Origin: Parcubacteria bacterium C7867-001 | GTDB taxonomy: Bacteria; Patescibacteriota; Minisyncoccia; Phycocordibacterales; Phycocordibacteraceae | DNA: 64,000 nucleotides | NCBI GenBank assembly: GCA_001189095.1 | Contig: LFCK01000004.1 | Location: 5,674-69,673, forward strand | Direction: 5' to 3' | In this document: positions 19,434 through 29,915 of the stretch, one piece after another | Position numbering within the stretch: position 1 is the first letter of the stretch | Layout of the letters: each line of letters begins with the position of its first letter | Program-made: the position numbers and the translations under genes | Notes under the pieces: generated by a model | Told to the model about the DNA's origin: nothing | Seen by the model: only the letters and a program-made list of their open reading frames with translations | Database searches by the model: none

Positions 19434-19462
19434 TTGACCAAAATATATATTAATGATATAAT
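19434..19462 (+). promoter_or_regulatory. Consensus sigma70 promoter (TTGACC - 17 nt - TATAAT)
   Basis: Perfect -35 and -10 boxes upstream of the 19511 gene. Confidence 0.55.
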
Positions 19463-19510
19463 AAAATTAGCCTTATCTCCGGGTTCAGGAGAGGTTCTCT
19501 TTTTGGGAGA

Positions 19511-19855
19511 ATGCATATGACGGAATCAATGATGATGGTCGGCTGCGCGCTTGCTTTGATGGCCGCGTCGGGCTTCGCGCTCGGCGTCGCTGTTCACTGC
19601 ATCGGCTGCACCTCGATCATCTTCCGTGACGCCACCTTGCTCGTGGCGACAGGGGTGCTCTTGGCGGTGGCGGGCAGTGCGATCATGCAGCTAGCAACCG
19701 ACTCGCTCAGCTCCGGCTGGATCATGTATCAGGTCGCCGGCTTCGCCGCGTGGGCCACGGGCTTTTCGCTCTTCTGGCTTGCTCGTGAGGCGTACTTCCG
19801 GCTTGCGTCGGCCATGGTCGTGGCTAAAAGCCGCGGTCCGTGGGGCGACGAATAA
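19511..19855 (+). CDS. Small membrane protein
   Basis: 114 aa, 3 TM helices, GGGAGA RBS. Confidence 0.45.
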   Translation: MHMTESMMMVGCALALMAASGFALGVAVHCIGCTSIIFRDATLLVATGVLLAVAGSAIMQLATDSLSSGWIMYQVAGFAAWATGFSLFWLAREAYFRLASAMVVAKSRGPWGDE

Positions 19856-19983
19856 TCGCTCCGATTTCCGCATAATTAAGCGCCGCCCAGAATGGGCGGC
19901 GCTTTTGTTGTAGGCGAAACTTGCTTTGCCTCTCTCACATTCATATACTGCGAGCACCTTTTACAAGCGCATAAAAATTTCCC

Positions 19984-20295
19984 ATGGCAAAATCTGACAC
20001 CCCCGCATTCAGCATCATCCCTCGCGGCGATCGCGTGATTGTGAAGCCGATGAAGAAGGAAGAGAAGACTGCGTCCGGCATCATCATCCCGGACACCGTG
20101 AAGAGCGAGAAGCCCGAGCGCGGCACTATCGTTGCGGTCGGACAGGGCCGCATGGAGGACGGCAAGCTCATTCCGATGGATCTTAAAGTCGGCGACAAGG
20201 TCCTCTTCGAACAAACGTATCGCGATCCTATAAAGGTGGACGGCGAAGAGTACTACATTTTTAACGAGGCAAGCATATTAGCGAAAATAAAATAA
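19984..20295 (+). CDS. groES: Co-chaperonin GroES
   Basis: Full-length Cpn10 similarity. Confidence 0.95.
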   Translation: MAKSDTPAFSIIPRGDRVIVKPMKKEEKTASGIIIPDTVKSEKPERGTIVAVGQGRMEDGKLIPMDLKVGDKVLFEQTYRDPIKVDGEEYYIFNEASILAKIK

Positions 20296-21936
<1,641 letters not shown>

Positions 21937-21956
21937 GAAAAAGCAAAAGGCAAAAG

Positions 21957-21986
21957 AAAAAAGGCGCGCCTCTGGCGCGCCTTTTG
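21957..21986 (+). terminator. Intrinsic terminator after groEL
   Basis: aaaaaggcgcgcc-tctg-gcgcgcctttt. Confidence 0.7.
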
Positions 21987-22024
21987 CTTGTGGATTCTGA
22001 ACGCGGGCGAGTGCCGCGTACAGA

Positions 22025-22558
22025 TTACTGGCAACCGGCCGAAGAGAACGAGCCGGTGTTGCAGCTGCCAGCGCCGACGGTCTGGGCGTTACCGCCTTCA
22101 CCGCCGAGACCGACACCGATCGGAATGTTCGTGTTGTTGTTCACGTTCACCGGATCGGCGACGGCAACCGCCCCCGAGCTGCTGCTTTGAACAACCGTTG
22201 TGTTGTTGGTCTCTTGATCGGTCGCTCGGTGCCGCACCGCATCATTCCAGATGCCAGCGACACCGAGGTCGGCGATCGGTTTCGCAACAATGCCGAGGCC
22301 GCTCGAGCCAGCGGAGGTCTTGGTGGCGCCTTCGATTGGTTTGCAGGCGCCGCCGGTCGGGCAGTGGAAGGCGAGCGATTGAACGGAACTGGGGGCAATG
22401 AAGCCGCCCTTCTTGTTCGTGATCAGCTCCACCTTTGAGCCGTCAGGAAGAATAACTTCCTCGGTCAGCGGTTTAGCGTAGGCCGTCGTCGTCATGGCGG
22501 CGGCGAGCGCAATGCCGGTGAAGGAGGCGAGCAATTTCTTCATTTCGTACTTCTCCAT
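22025..22558 (-). CDS. Secreted hypothetical protein (signal peptide, Cys-containing, Asn/Ser/Gly-rich C-terminus)
   Basis: MEKYEMKKLLASFTGIALAAAMTTTAYA signal peptide. Confidence 0.5.
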   Translation of the reverse strand: MEKYEMKKLLASFTGIALAAAMTTTAYAKPLTEEVILPDGSKVELITNKKGGFIAPSSVQSLAFHCPTGGACKPIEGATKTSAGSSGLGIVAKPIADLGVAGIWNDAVRHRATDQETNNTTVVQSSSSGAVAVADPVNVNNNTNIPIGVGLGGEGGNAQTVGAGSCNTGSFSSAGCQ

Positions 22559-22755
22559 GGTGGCCTTTCTGCCCCCGGCCACAAAAGGGGATTGCCGGCG
22601 CATATGCCGGCAAATAGAAACGCCGCTTGGCTTTTGCTAAGCCAAGCGGCTCTAAAATCGACCCTAACCTAGGCTGTATTTTCTGTCAAATATGGGTCAT
22701 AAAACAAAACCCCGCGCCGGTAGGCGCGGGGTCGGTTTGTTGGGCGTCGGTGGGG

Positions 22756-22908
22756 TTAGCCGCCGTCATCCATTCGTGGGTTCTCGGAGCGGCCGAAGAC
22801 CCCGTAACGGATCACGCCGAACGCGAGCACCGCGAGGATGCAGGCGCCGAAGATCCTTCCCGGCAGGGTCGGATCGCTGAGATCAACGTGAACACCAAAA
22901 ATGTCCAT
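22756..22908 (-). CDS. Small (50 aa) membrane protein, not in the ORF track
   Basis: ATG with a GGAGG RBS 5 nt upstream; one TM helix (IFGACILAVLAFGVIRYGVF); intrinsic terminator ccccgcgcc-tacc-ggcgcgggg + T-run downstream. Confidence 0.4.
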   Translation of the reverse strand: MDIFGVHVDLSDPTLPGRIFGACILAVLAFGVIRYGVFGRSENPRMDDGG

Positions 22909-23037
22909 TCAAACCTCCATCAGGCCGGAAATCAGCCTTTATTTCATAGTATCATATAAAGTGCTTGTTGTCAATGTGGTGTCTATAAAAGAGGCGTAAG
23001 GATTTGGTATACTACTCGTCACTAACCCTACATACTT

Positions 23038-23601
23038 ATGATCATTCTTTGGATTGTGCTCGGCATCGTGGTCGTCCTCGCGTTCTGGCTCGCGGGCGCC
23101 TACAACGGCTTCGTTTCTCTCAAGAACCGCGCGAAGGAAGCGTGGGCAGATATCGATGTGCAGCTGAAACGCCGCTATGACCTCATCCCTAATCTTGTGG
23201 AGACGGTGAAGGGCTACGCGACGCATGAATCGCAGGCATTCGAGAATGTCACCAAGGCACGCTCCGCTGCTATGGGCGCAACGTCTGTCGCCGGTCATGC
23301 TGAAGCGGAAAACATGCTTACGGGCGCACTCAAATCAATCTTCGCTATTTCGGAAGCATATCCAGATCTTAAGGCGAACGAGAACTTCCTTCAGCTCCAG
23401 CGCGAGCTCGGCGACACGGAAGACAAGATTCAGGCAGCTCGCCGCTTCTACAACCAGAACGTAATGCAGCTCAACACCTCTATTGAGTCTTTCCCCGGTA
23501 ACCTTGTCGCTGGTGCGTTCAAGTTCACGAACATGGAACTCTTCCAGCTTTCCGAAAGTGAAAGCGCGGCGAAGGAGCCGGTGAAAGTTAGCTTCAAGTA
23601 A
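23038..23601 (+). CDS. lemA: LemA family protein
   Basis: N-terminal TM and the LemA core (WADIDVQLKRRYDLIPNLVETVKGYA...). Confidence 0.85.
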   Translation: MIILWIVLGIVVVLAFWLAGAYNGFVSLKNRAKEAWADIDVQLKRRYDLIPNLVETVKGYATHESQAFENVTKARSAAMGATSVAGHAEAENMLTGALKSIFAISEAYPDLKANENFLQLQRELGDTEDKIQAARRFYNQNVMQLNTSIESFPGNLVAGAFKFTNMELFQLSESESAAKEPVKVSFK

Positions 23602-23634
23602 TACACGCGAAGGCAAAGCCTTCGCGCCCAACTC

Positions 23635-24531
23635 ATGGCAACGCTGTACCAAGAACGCTCAAGCAACATCACTCGAACGTGGATCATGATGATCGGGTTC
23701 GTTTTGGTTGTGTCCGCGGTGGGCTACGCGGCGAGTTGGTACTTCGGTGACTACACCTTCCTCTACGCGGCATTTGGTCTCGCGCTCCTTACGAATGTCT
23801 GGAGTTACTGGAATTCAGACAAGGTAGCGCTCTCGCTCACTCATTCGCGACCTGCAACTCGCGAGGAATTCTTCGACTTCTACACGGTCGCAGAAAATAT
23901 GGCGATAGCTGCGGGCATCCCAATGCCCAAGCTCTATATCATCGATGATCCAGCGCCAAACGCGTTTGCAACCGGTCGCGACGAAAAGCACGCAGTTGTT
24001 GCTGCAACGACCGGACTTCTCTCGATGATGAATCGCGCTGAGCTCGAGGGCGTCATTGCCCACGAGATGAGCCACATCAAGAACCGCGACATTCTCCTCA
24101 TGACCATGGCAGTGGTGCTCGCGGGGTTCGTGGCGATACTCGCGGATATGTTCCTGCGCATGTCGTTTTGGGGCGGAGGGAATCGGGACAATGATCGCGG
24201 GAATGGCGGCGCGATACTCATGGTGATTGCAATCATCGGCATCGTGCTCGCGCCGCTTGCAGCGCAACTCATCCAGTTCGCCATTAGCCGTCGCCGCGAA
24301 TATCTTGCGGACGCTTCCGGCGCACTCCTCACGCGTTATCCGGAAGGTCTCGCTTCTGCGCTCGAGAAGCTCGGCGCGTATCAGGGTCCGATGAAGAATC
24401 CGTCCCATTCGACTGCGCATCTTTTCATCGATAATCCGTTTGGCGACCGTAAGTCTGACTGGATCAATAACATCTTTTCAACGCACCCTCCAGTCCAGAA
24501 AAGAATTGAGGCATTACTCGGAAAGCAGTAG
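23635..24531 (+). CDS. htpX: Zinc metalloprotease HtpX (M48)
   Basis: HEMSHIKNRD (HExxH) and 4 TM helices. Confidence 0.85.
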   Translation: MATLYQERSSNITRTWIMMIGFVLVVSAVGYAASWYFGDYTFLYAAFGLALLTNVWSYWNSDKVALSLTHSRPATREEFFDFYTVAENMAIAAGIPMPKLYIIDDPAPNAFATGRDEKHAVVAATTGLLSMMNRAELEGVIAHEMSHIKNRDILLMTMAVVLAGFVAILADMFLRMSFWGGGNRDNDRGNGGAILMVIAIIGIVLAPLAAQLIQFAISRRREYLADASGALLTRYPEGLASALEKLGAYQGPMKNPSHSTAHLFIDNPFGDRKSDWINNIFSTHPPVQKRIEALLGKQ

Positions 24532-24557
24532 AGTTTCGTGCTATAACAGCCAAGCAC

Positions 24558-24642
24558 GGAGGCGTCGCATAGTGGTCTAGTGCACCACCTTGGAAAGGTG
24601 GCATACCGCAAGGTATCGAGAGTTCGAATCTCTCCGCCTCCG
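24558..24642 (+). tRNA. tRNA-Ser (anticodon GGA)
   Basis: Cloverleaf with a long variable arm; anticodon loop ttGGAaa. Confidence 0.8.
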
Positions 24643-24652
24643 CCCGAAGTAT

Positions 24653-25246
24653 ATGGATCAACAGACAATCGACACATACAACAAAATGGCCAAGGAGTAT
24701 GACGATGAAACCGTTGATTTTTGGGAGCGTTTCCCTCGGACGTTCCTCGATACGTTTATTGAGTTGTCTGGCGAGAAAGTAATTGATATTGGAAGCGGCC
24801 CAGGTAGGGATGGGTTACTGCTTCAGCAAGCAGCTAAAGAAGTTGTTTGTATCGATGCTTCCGAAGCAATGGTAAAACTCTCTTCGGAGAGAGGTCTCAA
24901 GTCTGTCCTTGCGGGGTTTGATAGTCTGCCGTTCGAAAACGAGTCGTTTGATGGAGTGTGGTCGTACACGGCCCTTCTCCACATTCCCAAGAAATCCGTT
25001 GATACTCCTCTTCAAGAAGTCTCACGTATTCTTAAGCCTTCTGGTATTTTTGCCCTCGGTCTCATTGAGGGAGATGTTGAGGAGTACAAAGAAAGTTCCG
25101 GTGTCGATATGCCACGCTGGTTCAGTTTCTACCAGAAAGATGAAGTGGTAGATCTATGTAGAAAGCATGGTTTTGAATTTGTTCATTTTGAAACATTCAA
25201 ACCGGGCTCAAAGAACTATCTAAACTTCATTTTTCGAAAATCATAG
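24653..25246 (+). CDS. Class I SAM-dependent methyltransferase
   Basis: Motif I VIDIGSGPGRDG. Confidence 0.7.
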   Translation: MDQQTIDTYNKMAKEYDDETVDFWERFPRTFLDTFIELSGEKVIDIGSGPGRDGLLLQQAAKEVVCIDASEAMVKLSSERGLKSVLAGFDSLPFENESFDGVWSYTALLHIPKKSVDTPLQEVSRILKPSGIFALGLIEGDVEEYKESSGVDMPRWFSFYQKDEVVDLCRKHGFEFVHFETFKPGSKNYLNFIFRKS

Positions 25247-25294
25247 ATCGAACCCCCTCCGCCGTTTTTGTTTATTTTGTGGTATAATGCACAA

Positions 25295-25645
25295 CGGACC
25301 GATTCAGACGATCGCTCTCAGGATAGGAATGTCCCGAAGGGAGGAAAGTCCGAGCACAGGCATTCGCAAGGATGCAGCAGGGTAGCGGGTAACGCCCGTC
25401 CGCGGAAACGCGCGAGGTGCGAGCAGTGACGTCAAACGCGAAAGCGCGCGACAACCTTCGGGTTGAAGTCCATCGAAAGGTGGAAGTGAAACGGCTAAAT
25501 CCTTACTTCTGTGCAAGGCCGTATCGATAATCTTCGGATATGTCGAGGCGCCGCTTGAGGTGTACGGTAACGTACATCCCAGATAGATGATCGTCCGTGT
25601 AGCAATACGCGACAGAACTCGGCTTATCGAATCGGTATCCACTTC
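25295..25645 (+). ncRNA. rnpB: RNase P RNA (bacterial type A)
   Basis: P4 GGGAGGAAAGTCCGAGCACAG, GGTAACGCCCG, and the 3' element AGATAGATGATCG...ACAGAACTCGGCTTATCG; TATAAT -10 at 25284-25289; terminator at 25652-25673. Confidence 0.9.
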
Positions 25646-25651
25646 ATGAAT

Positions 25652-25673
25652 AAACCCGCCTCACGGCGGGTTT
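25652..25673 (+). terminator. Intrinsic terminator after rnpB
   Basis: aaacccgcc-tcac-ggcgggttt. Confidence 0.65.
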
Positions 25674-25754
25674 ATTCATACCCTTTGAAACTTTAGCCGT
25701 ATCCGTACGGTATACTTTTTGTATTATCGGCAGTAGCAGTAGTTACCTTTATAT

Positions 25755-28214
25755 ATGACTGATTCATCAGCAAAGACGAGTGCGCCGAAGCGCTTCTCGT
25801 TCGATACCGCAGCGTCGATTGCGCTCGCGATTACGGTCGGCCTTGCCGCACTCCTTATTCTCCCAACAAGCACCGTTCCGGCGGGGTACCTCAAGGTGGG
25901 GGCGCTCGCCATCGGTATGCTCGTATCGCTCGTGCTCTTCATCCTCGCTCGTCTTACGCGCGGCAACGTTATCGTTCCGCCGCTCACGCTCCTCGGTGCC
26001 GTCTGGCTTCTTCCGATTGCGTACGGGCTTTCGACGCTCTTTTCAGGAGTGAACCCAGCAAAAGCATTCTTCGGTAACGGCTTCGATACGGACACCTTCG
26101 GCTTCATGCTGCTTGCGGCGCTTCTGGCAACGCTTGCGGCACTCGCCATGCGCCGCCCCGATCAGTACCGTTCTTTCTTCCTTGTGTCGAGCGTTGCTGC
26201 TGCCGTACTCCTCGTTTCTCAGCTCGGCATCGCTTTCATTGGCAAAGTGTCTCCGAGCTTCCTTTCGCCTATTACCTCGCTTGCAGCTTCGTTCGTTGAC
26301 CTTGGAATGCTCGCTGGCCTCACGACGATTACGATACTCGTCGCGCTCCGCTTCCTTTCGTTTGCTGGTCGCATACGCACGGCACTTCTCGTCGGCCTTG
26401 CGCTCGCGCTCTTCGCGCTCGCACTCACCAACACGCTCATCGTCTGGATTCTCGTTGGCCTTGCTGCGCTTGGTCTTTTCATTGAGTCGGTCATGCGTCG
26501 CAAGATCTCTTCGGACGAGGATGATCTTGAGGGAGTCTCTGTTGTCTCCTCAGAGGAGGGCGGTTCCGTGCATCGCGGCGGTAACATGCTCGTCATTCCG
26601 CTTATCGTGTTGGTGGTCTCGCTCTTCTTTGTTATCGGCAATTCGACCATCGGCAACTCGTTCGTGAACTTCTTTGGCACAAGCATCATCGATGCGCGTC
26701 CATCATGGCAGTCCACCTTCGATGTCGGTAGCCACACCTATGCTTCTTCGCCGCTCTTTGGCTCAGGACCGAGCACCTTCGGTCGCGAATGGCTTAAGTA
26801 TCGCGATCGCAGCGTGAACGACACGGTGTTCTGGAGCGTTGATTTCCCAGCAGGTATCGGCTACATCCCGACCTCGGTAGTGACGACTGGCGCTGTTGGT
26901 GCACTCGCATGGCTCGTCTTCATCGGCTTTTTCCTCTACGTCGGTCTGCGCACGCTTCTTCTCCGCGCCTCAAGTGATCGCTTTGTGCGCTTCGTGTCGA
27001 TCTCGTCGTTCGTCGGAGCGCTCTACGTGCTTGTGCTCTCGCTCCTTATGGTGCCGGGTCCCGCGGTGCTTGCGTTCGGATTCGTATTCCTCGGCATCTT
27101 TATTTCGTCCCTTCGCTATGGTGCAAACCGCACGGAATGGGGCGTTATCTTTGCGAAGACTCCGCGTGTCGGATTCGCGATTGTGTTCATCCTCACACTG
27201 TTCCTCCTCGGCTCGGTGCTTTCCGCATACGTTGTGACGGAACGTTACTTTGCGCTCTCATCCTATGGCAATGCCGCTGCAGCGCTTGGAAAGGGCGATC
27301 TTGCGACCGCAGACATGTTGATTGGGCGCTCGCTTCTCTTTGCTCAGACGGATCGTGCGTATCAACTCGCTGCGTCGAGCGGTATCGCGCACATGAACAA
27401 GATTGCGAACGATACGACGCTCCCTGTCTCTTCTGCACAGCAGCAGTTCCAGACAGCACTCAGCAACGCTATCGCGAACGCAAATGCCGCAACGAAGATT
27501 GATCCGTATAACTACCAGAACTGGGCAGTACTCGGAAGCGTGTATCAGACAGTCGTGCCGCTTAAGATTGACGGCGCCTACGATCAGGCAAAAACTGCCT
27601 ATGACAAGGCAATGGCGCTTAACCCGACCAACCCCGTCCTTCCGTTTATTCTTGCGCAGCTCGATATCGCTGCAGGGAACACCAAGCAGGCAGAAGAGAG
27701 TCTCGTGAAGTCCATCAATCTCAAGCACGACTACACGCAGGCCATCTTCCTCCTCTCGCAGCTTGAAGTGCAGCAGGGCAAGGCGAAAGAAGCGCTTCAG
27801 GCAGCCGAAGCAGCAGCATACTTCGCGCCGAACGATCCAACGGTTATGTTCCAAGTCGGTATCCTCCGCTCGGGGAATGGCGATACAAACGGTGCAATTC
27901 AGGCGCTCACGCGCGCAATCGAGCTCAATCCGCAGTATGCGAACGCACGCTTCTTCCTCGGCGTAATGTACGCGCTCAAGGGTCAGAACGACAAGGCGCT
28001 CGCCGAACTCCGCGCGGTCGGAAGTCTCTCGCCAGATAACGCCGCTGCGGTCGCAAGCGATATTGCGGCACTTGAGGCGGGCAAGAATCCGTTCCCAGCT
28101 TCACGGCTCGGCGCACTCGGCATCCCGTCGAGCACTGTTACTGAGCCATCGCCAGCAACGGAGCCAACCAAACCGGCGGCAACCCCAAAGACCACCGAAA
28201 CGAAGAAGCCCTAG
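25755..28214 (+). CDS. Large polytopic membrane protein (O-antigen ligase/polymerase Wzy_C-like) with C-terminal TPR repeats
   Basis: At least 12 TM helices, then a TPR-like helical repeat region (…ELNPQYANARFFLGVMYALKGQNDKA…). Confidence 0.45.
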   Translation: MTDSSAKTSAPKRFSFDTAASIALAITVGLAALLILPTSTVPAGYLKVGALAIGMLVSLVLFILARLTRGNVIVPPLTLLGAVWLLPIAYGLSTLFSGVNPAKAFFGNGFDTDTFGFMLLAALLATLAALAMRRPDQYRSFFLVSSVAAAVLLVSQLGIAFIGKVSPSFLSPITSLAASFVDLGMLAGLTTITILVALRFLSFAGRIRTALLVGLALALFALALTNTLIVWILVGLAALGLFIESVMRRKISSDEDDLEGVSVVSSEEGGSVHRGGNMLVIPLIVLVVSLFFVIGNSTIGNSFVNFFGTSIIDARPSWQSTFDVGSHTYASSPLFGSGPSTFGREWLKYRDRSVNDTVFWSVDFPAGIGYIPTSVVTTGAVGALAWLVFIGFFLYVGLRTLLLRASSDRFVRFVSISSFVGALYVLVLSLLMVPGPAVLAFGFVFLGIFISSLRYGANRTEWGVIFAKTPRVGFAIVFILTLFLLGSVLSAYVVTERYFALSSYGNAAAALGKGDLATADMLIGRSLLFAQTDRAYQLAASSGIAHMNKIANDTTLPVSSAQQQFQTALSNAIANANAATKIDPYNYQNWAVLGSVYQTVVPLKIDGAYDQAKTAYDKAMALNPTNPVLPFILAQLDIAAGNTKQAEESLVKSINLKHDYTQAIFLLSQLEVQQGKAKEALQAAEAAAYFAPNDPTVMFQVGILRSGNGDTNGAIQALTRAIELNPQYANARFFLGVMYALKGQNDKALAELRAVGSLSPDNAAAVASDIAALEAGKNPFPASRLGALGIPSSTVTEPSPATEPTKPAATPKTTETKKP

Positions 28215-28220
28215 GGTTCT

Positions 28221-29912
28221 ATGGTGCAGGAAATCCTCAGATCGCTCGCGGCCCCGATACGCGGGATAGCCCGACCGGTCTCGGGTCTCCATCAAGCTGC
28301 CTACCTACTCGCGATACTCACCCTTGCGTCGCAAGTGCTTTCGTTGGTGCGTGACCGCCTGTTTGCGCATGCGTTTGGTGCGAGCGAGACGCTCGACCTC
28401 TATTACGCAGCGTTCAAGATTCCAGACCTTGTCTTCGCGCTCGTTGCGTCGCTTGTGTCGGCGTACGTGATCATTCCTCTCATTGCGAACACGAACACGA
28501 AGGAATCGCGCGAAACGCTTTCGCATGCAGCGTCGTTTCTTCTGTTCGCCGGAGGTCTGGTGTCCGCAGTTCTTGCGGTGTTCGCTCCGCAACTCGCGTT
28601 CGCTCTTTTCCCGAGCTTCGAACATTCTGCACAAGCGGACACCTTCGTGCTGTTGGTGCGCATCCTCTTAGTGCAGCCGCTTTTGCTCGGTGTTTCTGGT
28701 GTTCTCACCAGCGTGACGCAGGTGAAGCGCCGCTTCATCCTCTTCGCGCTTTCACCCGTGCTCTACAATCTCGGCATTATCGCCGGCGTCGTATTTCTCT
28801 ATCCCATGTACGGCCTTATCGGCATTGGGTATGGCGTTGTCATCGGTGCGCTTCTGCATCTCCTTATTCATGTGCCAGTGGTTCTTGCGTCCGGACTTTT
28901 CCCGCGTCTCGTCATTCCGTCGCCCCGCATCATAGGCGGCATCATTGCCCACTCGCTGCCGCGCTCGCTCGCGCTCTCGATGACGTCCGTTATCGCACTG
29001 GTTCTCGCGACGCTGGCTGCGACGGTGGGGAAAGGCGCCGTATCGGTGTTTTCCTTTGCGGCTAACCTTGCGGCGGTCCCGCTCTCTCTGATTGGCGCTT
29101 CGTATGCAACCGCCGCGTTTCCTGTGCTCGCCGAACAAGCACAGGAGCGACGCTCTAAGGAGTTCGGTCAAACGGTAAGTGCTGCTGCGCGCCACATCAT
29201 CTTCTGGTCGTCAGTCGTTACGGTACTCACTATCGTGCTGCGCGCACACATCGTGCGCTTCGTTCTTGGTACCGGCGCCTTCGATTGGAGTGCAACGCGT
29301 CTTACTGCGGCGGTACTCGCCATTCTTGTCGTTGGACTCACAAGCCAAGGCATTACGCTTCTCTGTGCTCGCGCGTTCTACGCCTCAAAGCGTTCGTGGA
29401 ATCCCTTTTTCATACAGCTCGGCGACATCGGTATCTCGATTGCGGTGGCGTGGGGTCTTCTTAAGGCTGCTGAAGCATATCCGATGCTGCGCTACTTCAT
29501 GGAGTCGCTCTTCCGCGTGAGCGATGTTCCGAACACGGGCATACTCTTCATCGCGTTCGGAGCTGCCCTCGGTCAGGTGCTTGTATCCATCGTAGCGCTT
29601 GCAACCCTTCGCACGGTCGCGCCGGGAGTTGCGCGCTCGCTCACCAAACCGCTCTTTGACGGCTTTGGTGCGGCGATTCTTGGCGGTGCGGCAGCCTATG
29701 GGGTGCTTATCCTCATGGGAAATCTAGCGCCGCTCACCACGCTTCTCGCGGTCTTCACGCAAGGCCTTCTCGCTGGTATCGTAGGCTTTGCGGTCGCCTG
29801 TGGCGTACTTCTCCTCTTGGAAAACAAGGAGCTTAGGGATCTCTGGAACTCGCTTTCGCGCTTCTCGTCTCGTGCCCTTACCCCTTCGGGAGCTGCCACC
29901 CTCGACCGCTAA
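28221..29912 (+). CDS. murJ: Lipid II flippase MurJ/MviN
   Basis: MviN N-terminal signature VRDRLFAHAFGASETLDLYYAAFKIPD; 14 TM helices. Confidence 0.75.
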   Translation: MVQEILRSLAAPIRGIARPVSGLHQAAYLLAILTLASQVLSLVRDRLFAHAFGASETLDLYYAAFKIPDLVFALVASLVSAYVIIPLIANTNTKESRETLSHAASFLLFAGGLVSAVLAVFAPQLAFALFPSFEHSAQADTFVLLVRILLVQPLLLGVSGVLTSVTQVKRRFILFALSPVLYNLGIIAGVVFLYPMYGLIGIGYGVVIGALLHLLIHVPVVLASGLFPRLVIPSPRIIGGIIAHSLPRSLALSMTSVIALVLATLAATVGKGAVSVFSFAANLAAVPLSLIGASYATAAFPVLAEQAQERRSKEFGQTVSAAARHIIFWSSVVTVLTIVLRAHIVRFVLGTGAFDWSATRLTAAVLAILVVGLTSQGITLLCARAFYASKRSWNPFFIQLGDIGISIAVAWGLLKAAEAYPMLRYFMESLFRVSDVPNTGILFIAFGAALGQVLVSIVALATLRTVAPGVARSLTKPLFDGFGAAILGGAAAYGVLILMGNLAPLTTLLAVFTQGLLAGIVGFAVACGVLLLLENKELRDLWNSLSRFSSRALTPSGAATLDR

Positions 29913-29915
29913 TCA

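Noticed and set aside
19913-19983. CIRCE/HrcA operator upstream of groES
   Set aside because: I looked for TTAGCACTC-N9-GAGTGCTAA and found no convincing match
24381-24677. Minus-strand ORFs overlapping tRNA-Ser(GGA), and the plus-strand ORF start at 24590
   Set aside because: They overlap a well-formed tRNA; the methyltransferase gene more plausibly starts at ATG 24653
25272-25642. Minus-strand ORFs of 60 and 112 aa in the track
   Set aside because: They lie entirely inside the RNase P RNA gene (conserved P4 and 3' motifs on the plus strand), so they are spurious
26113-27854. Multiple overlapping ORFs (Ser/Arg-rich) on other frames within the Wzy-like gene
   Set aside because: They are alternate-frame artefacts of a GC-rich membrane-protein gene
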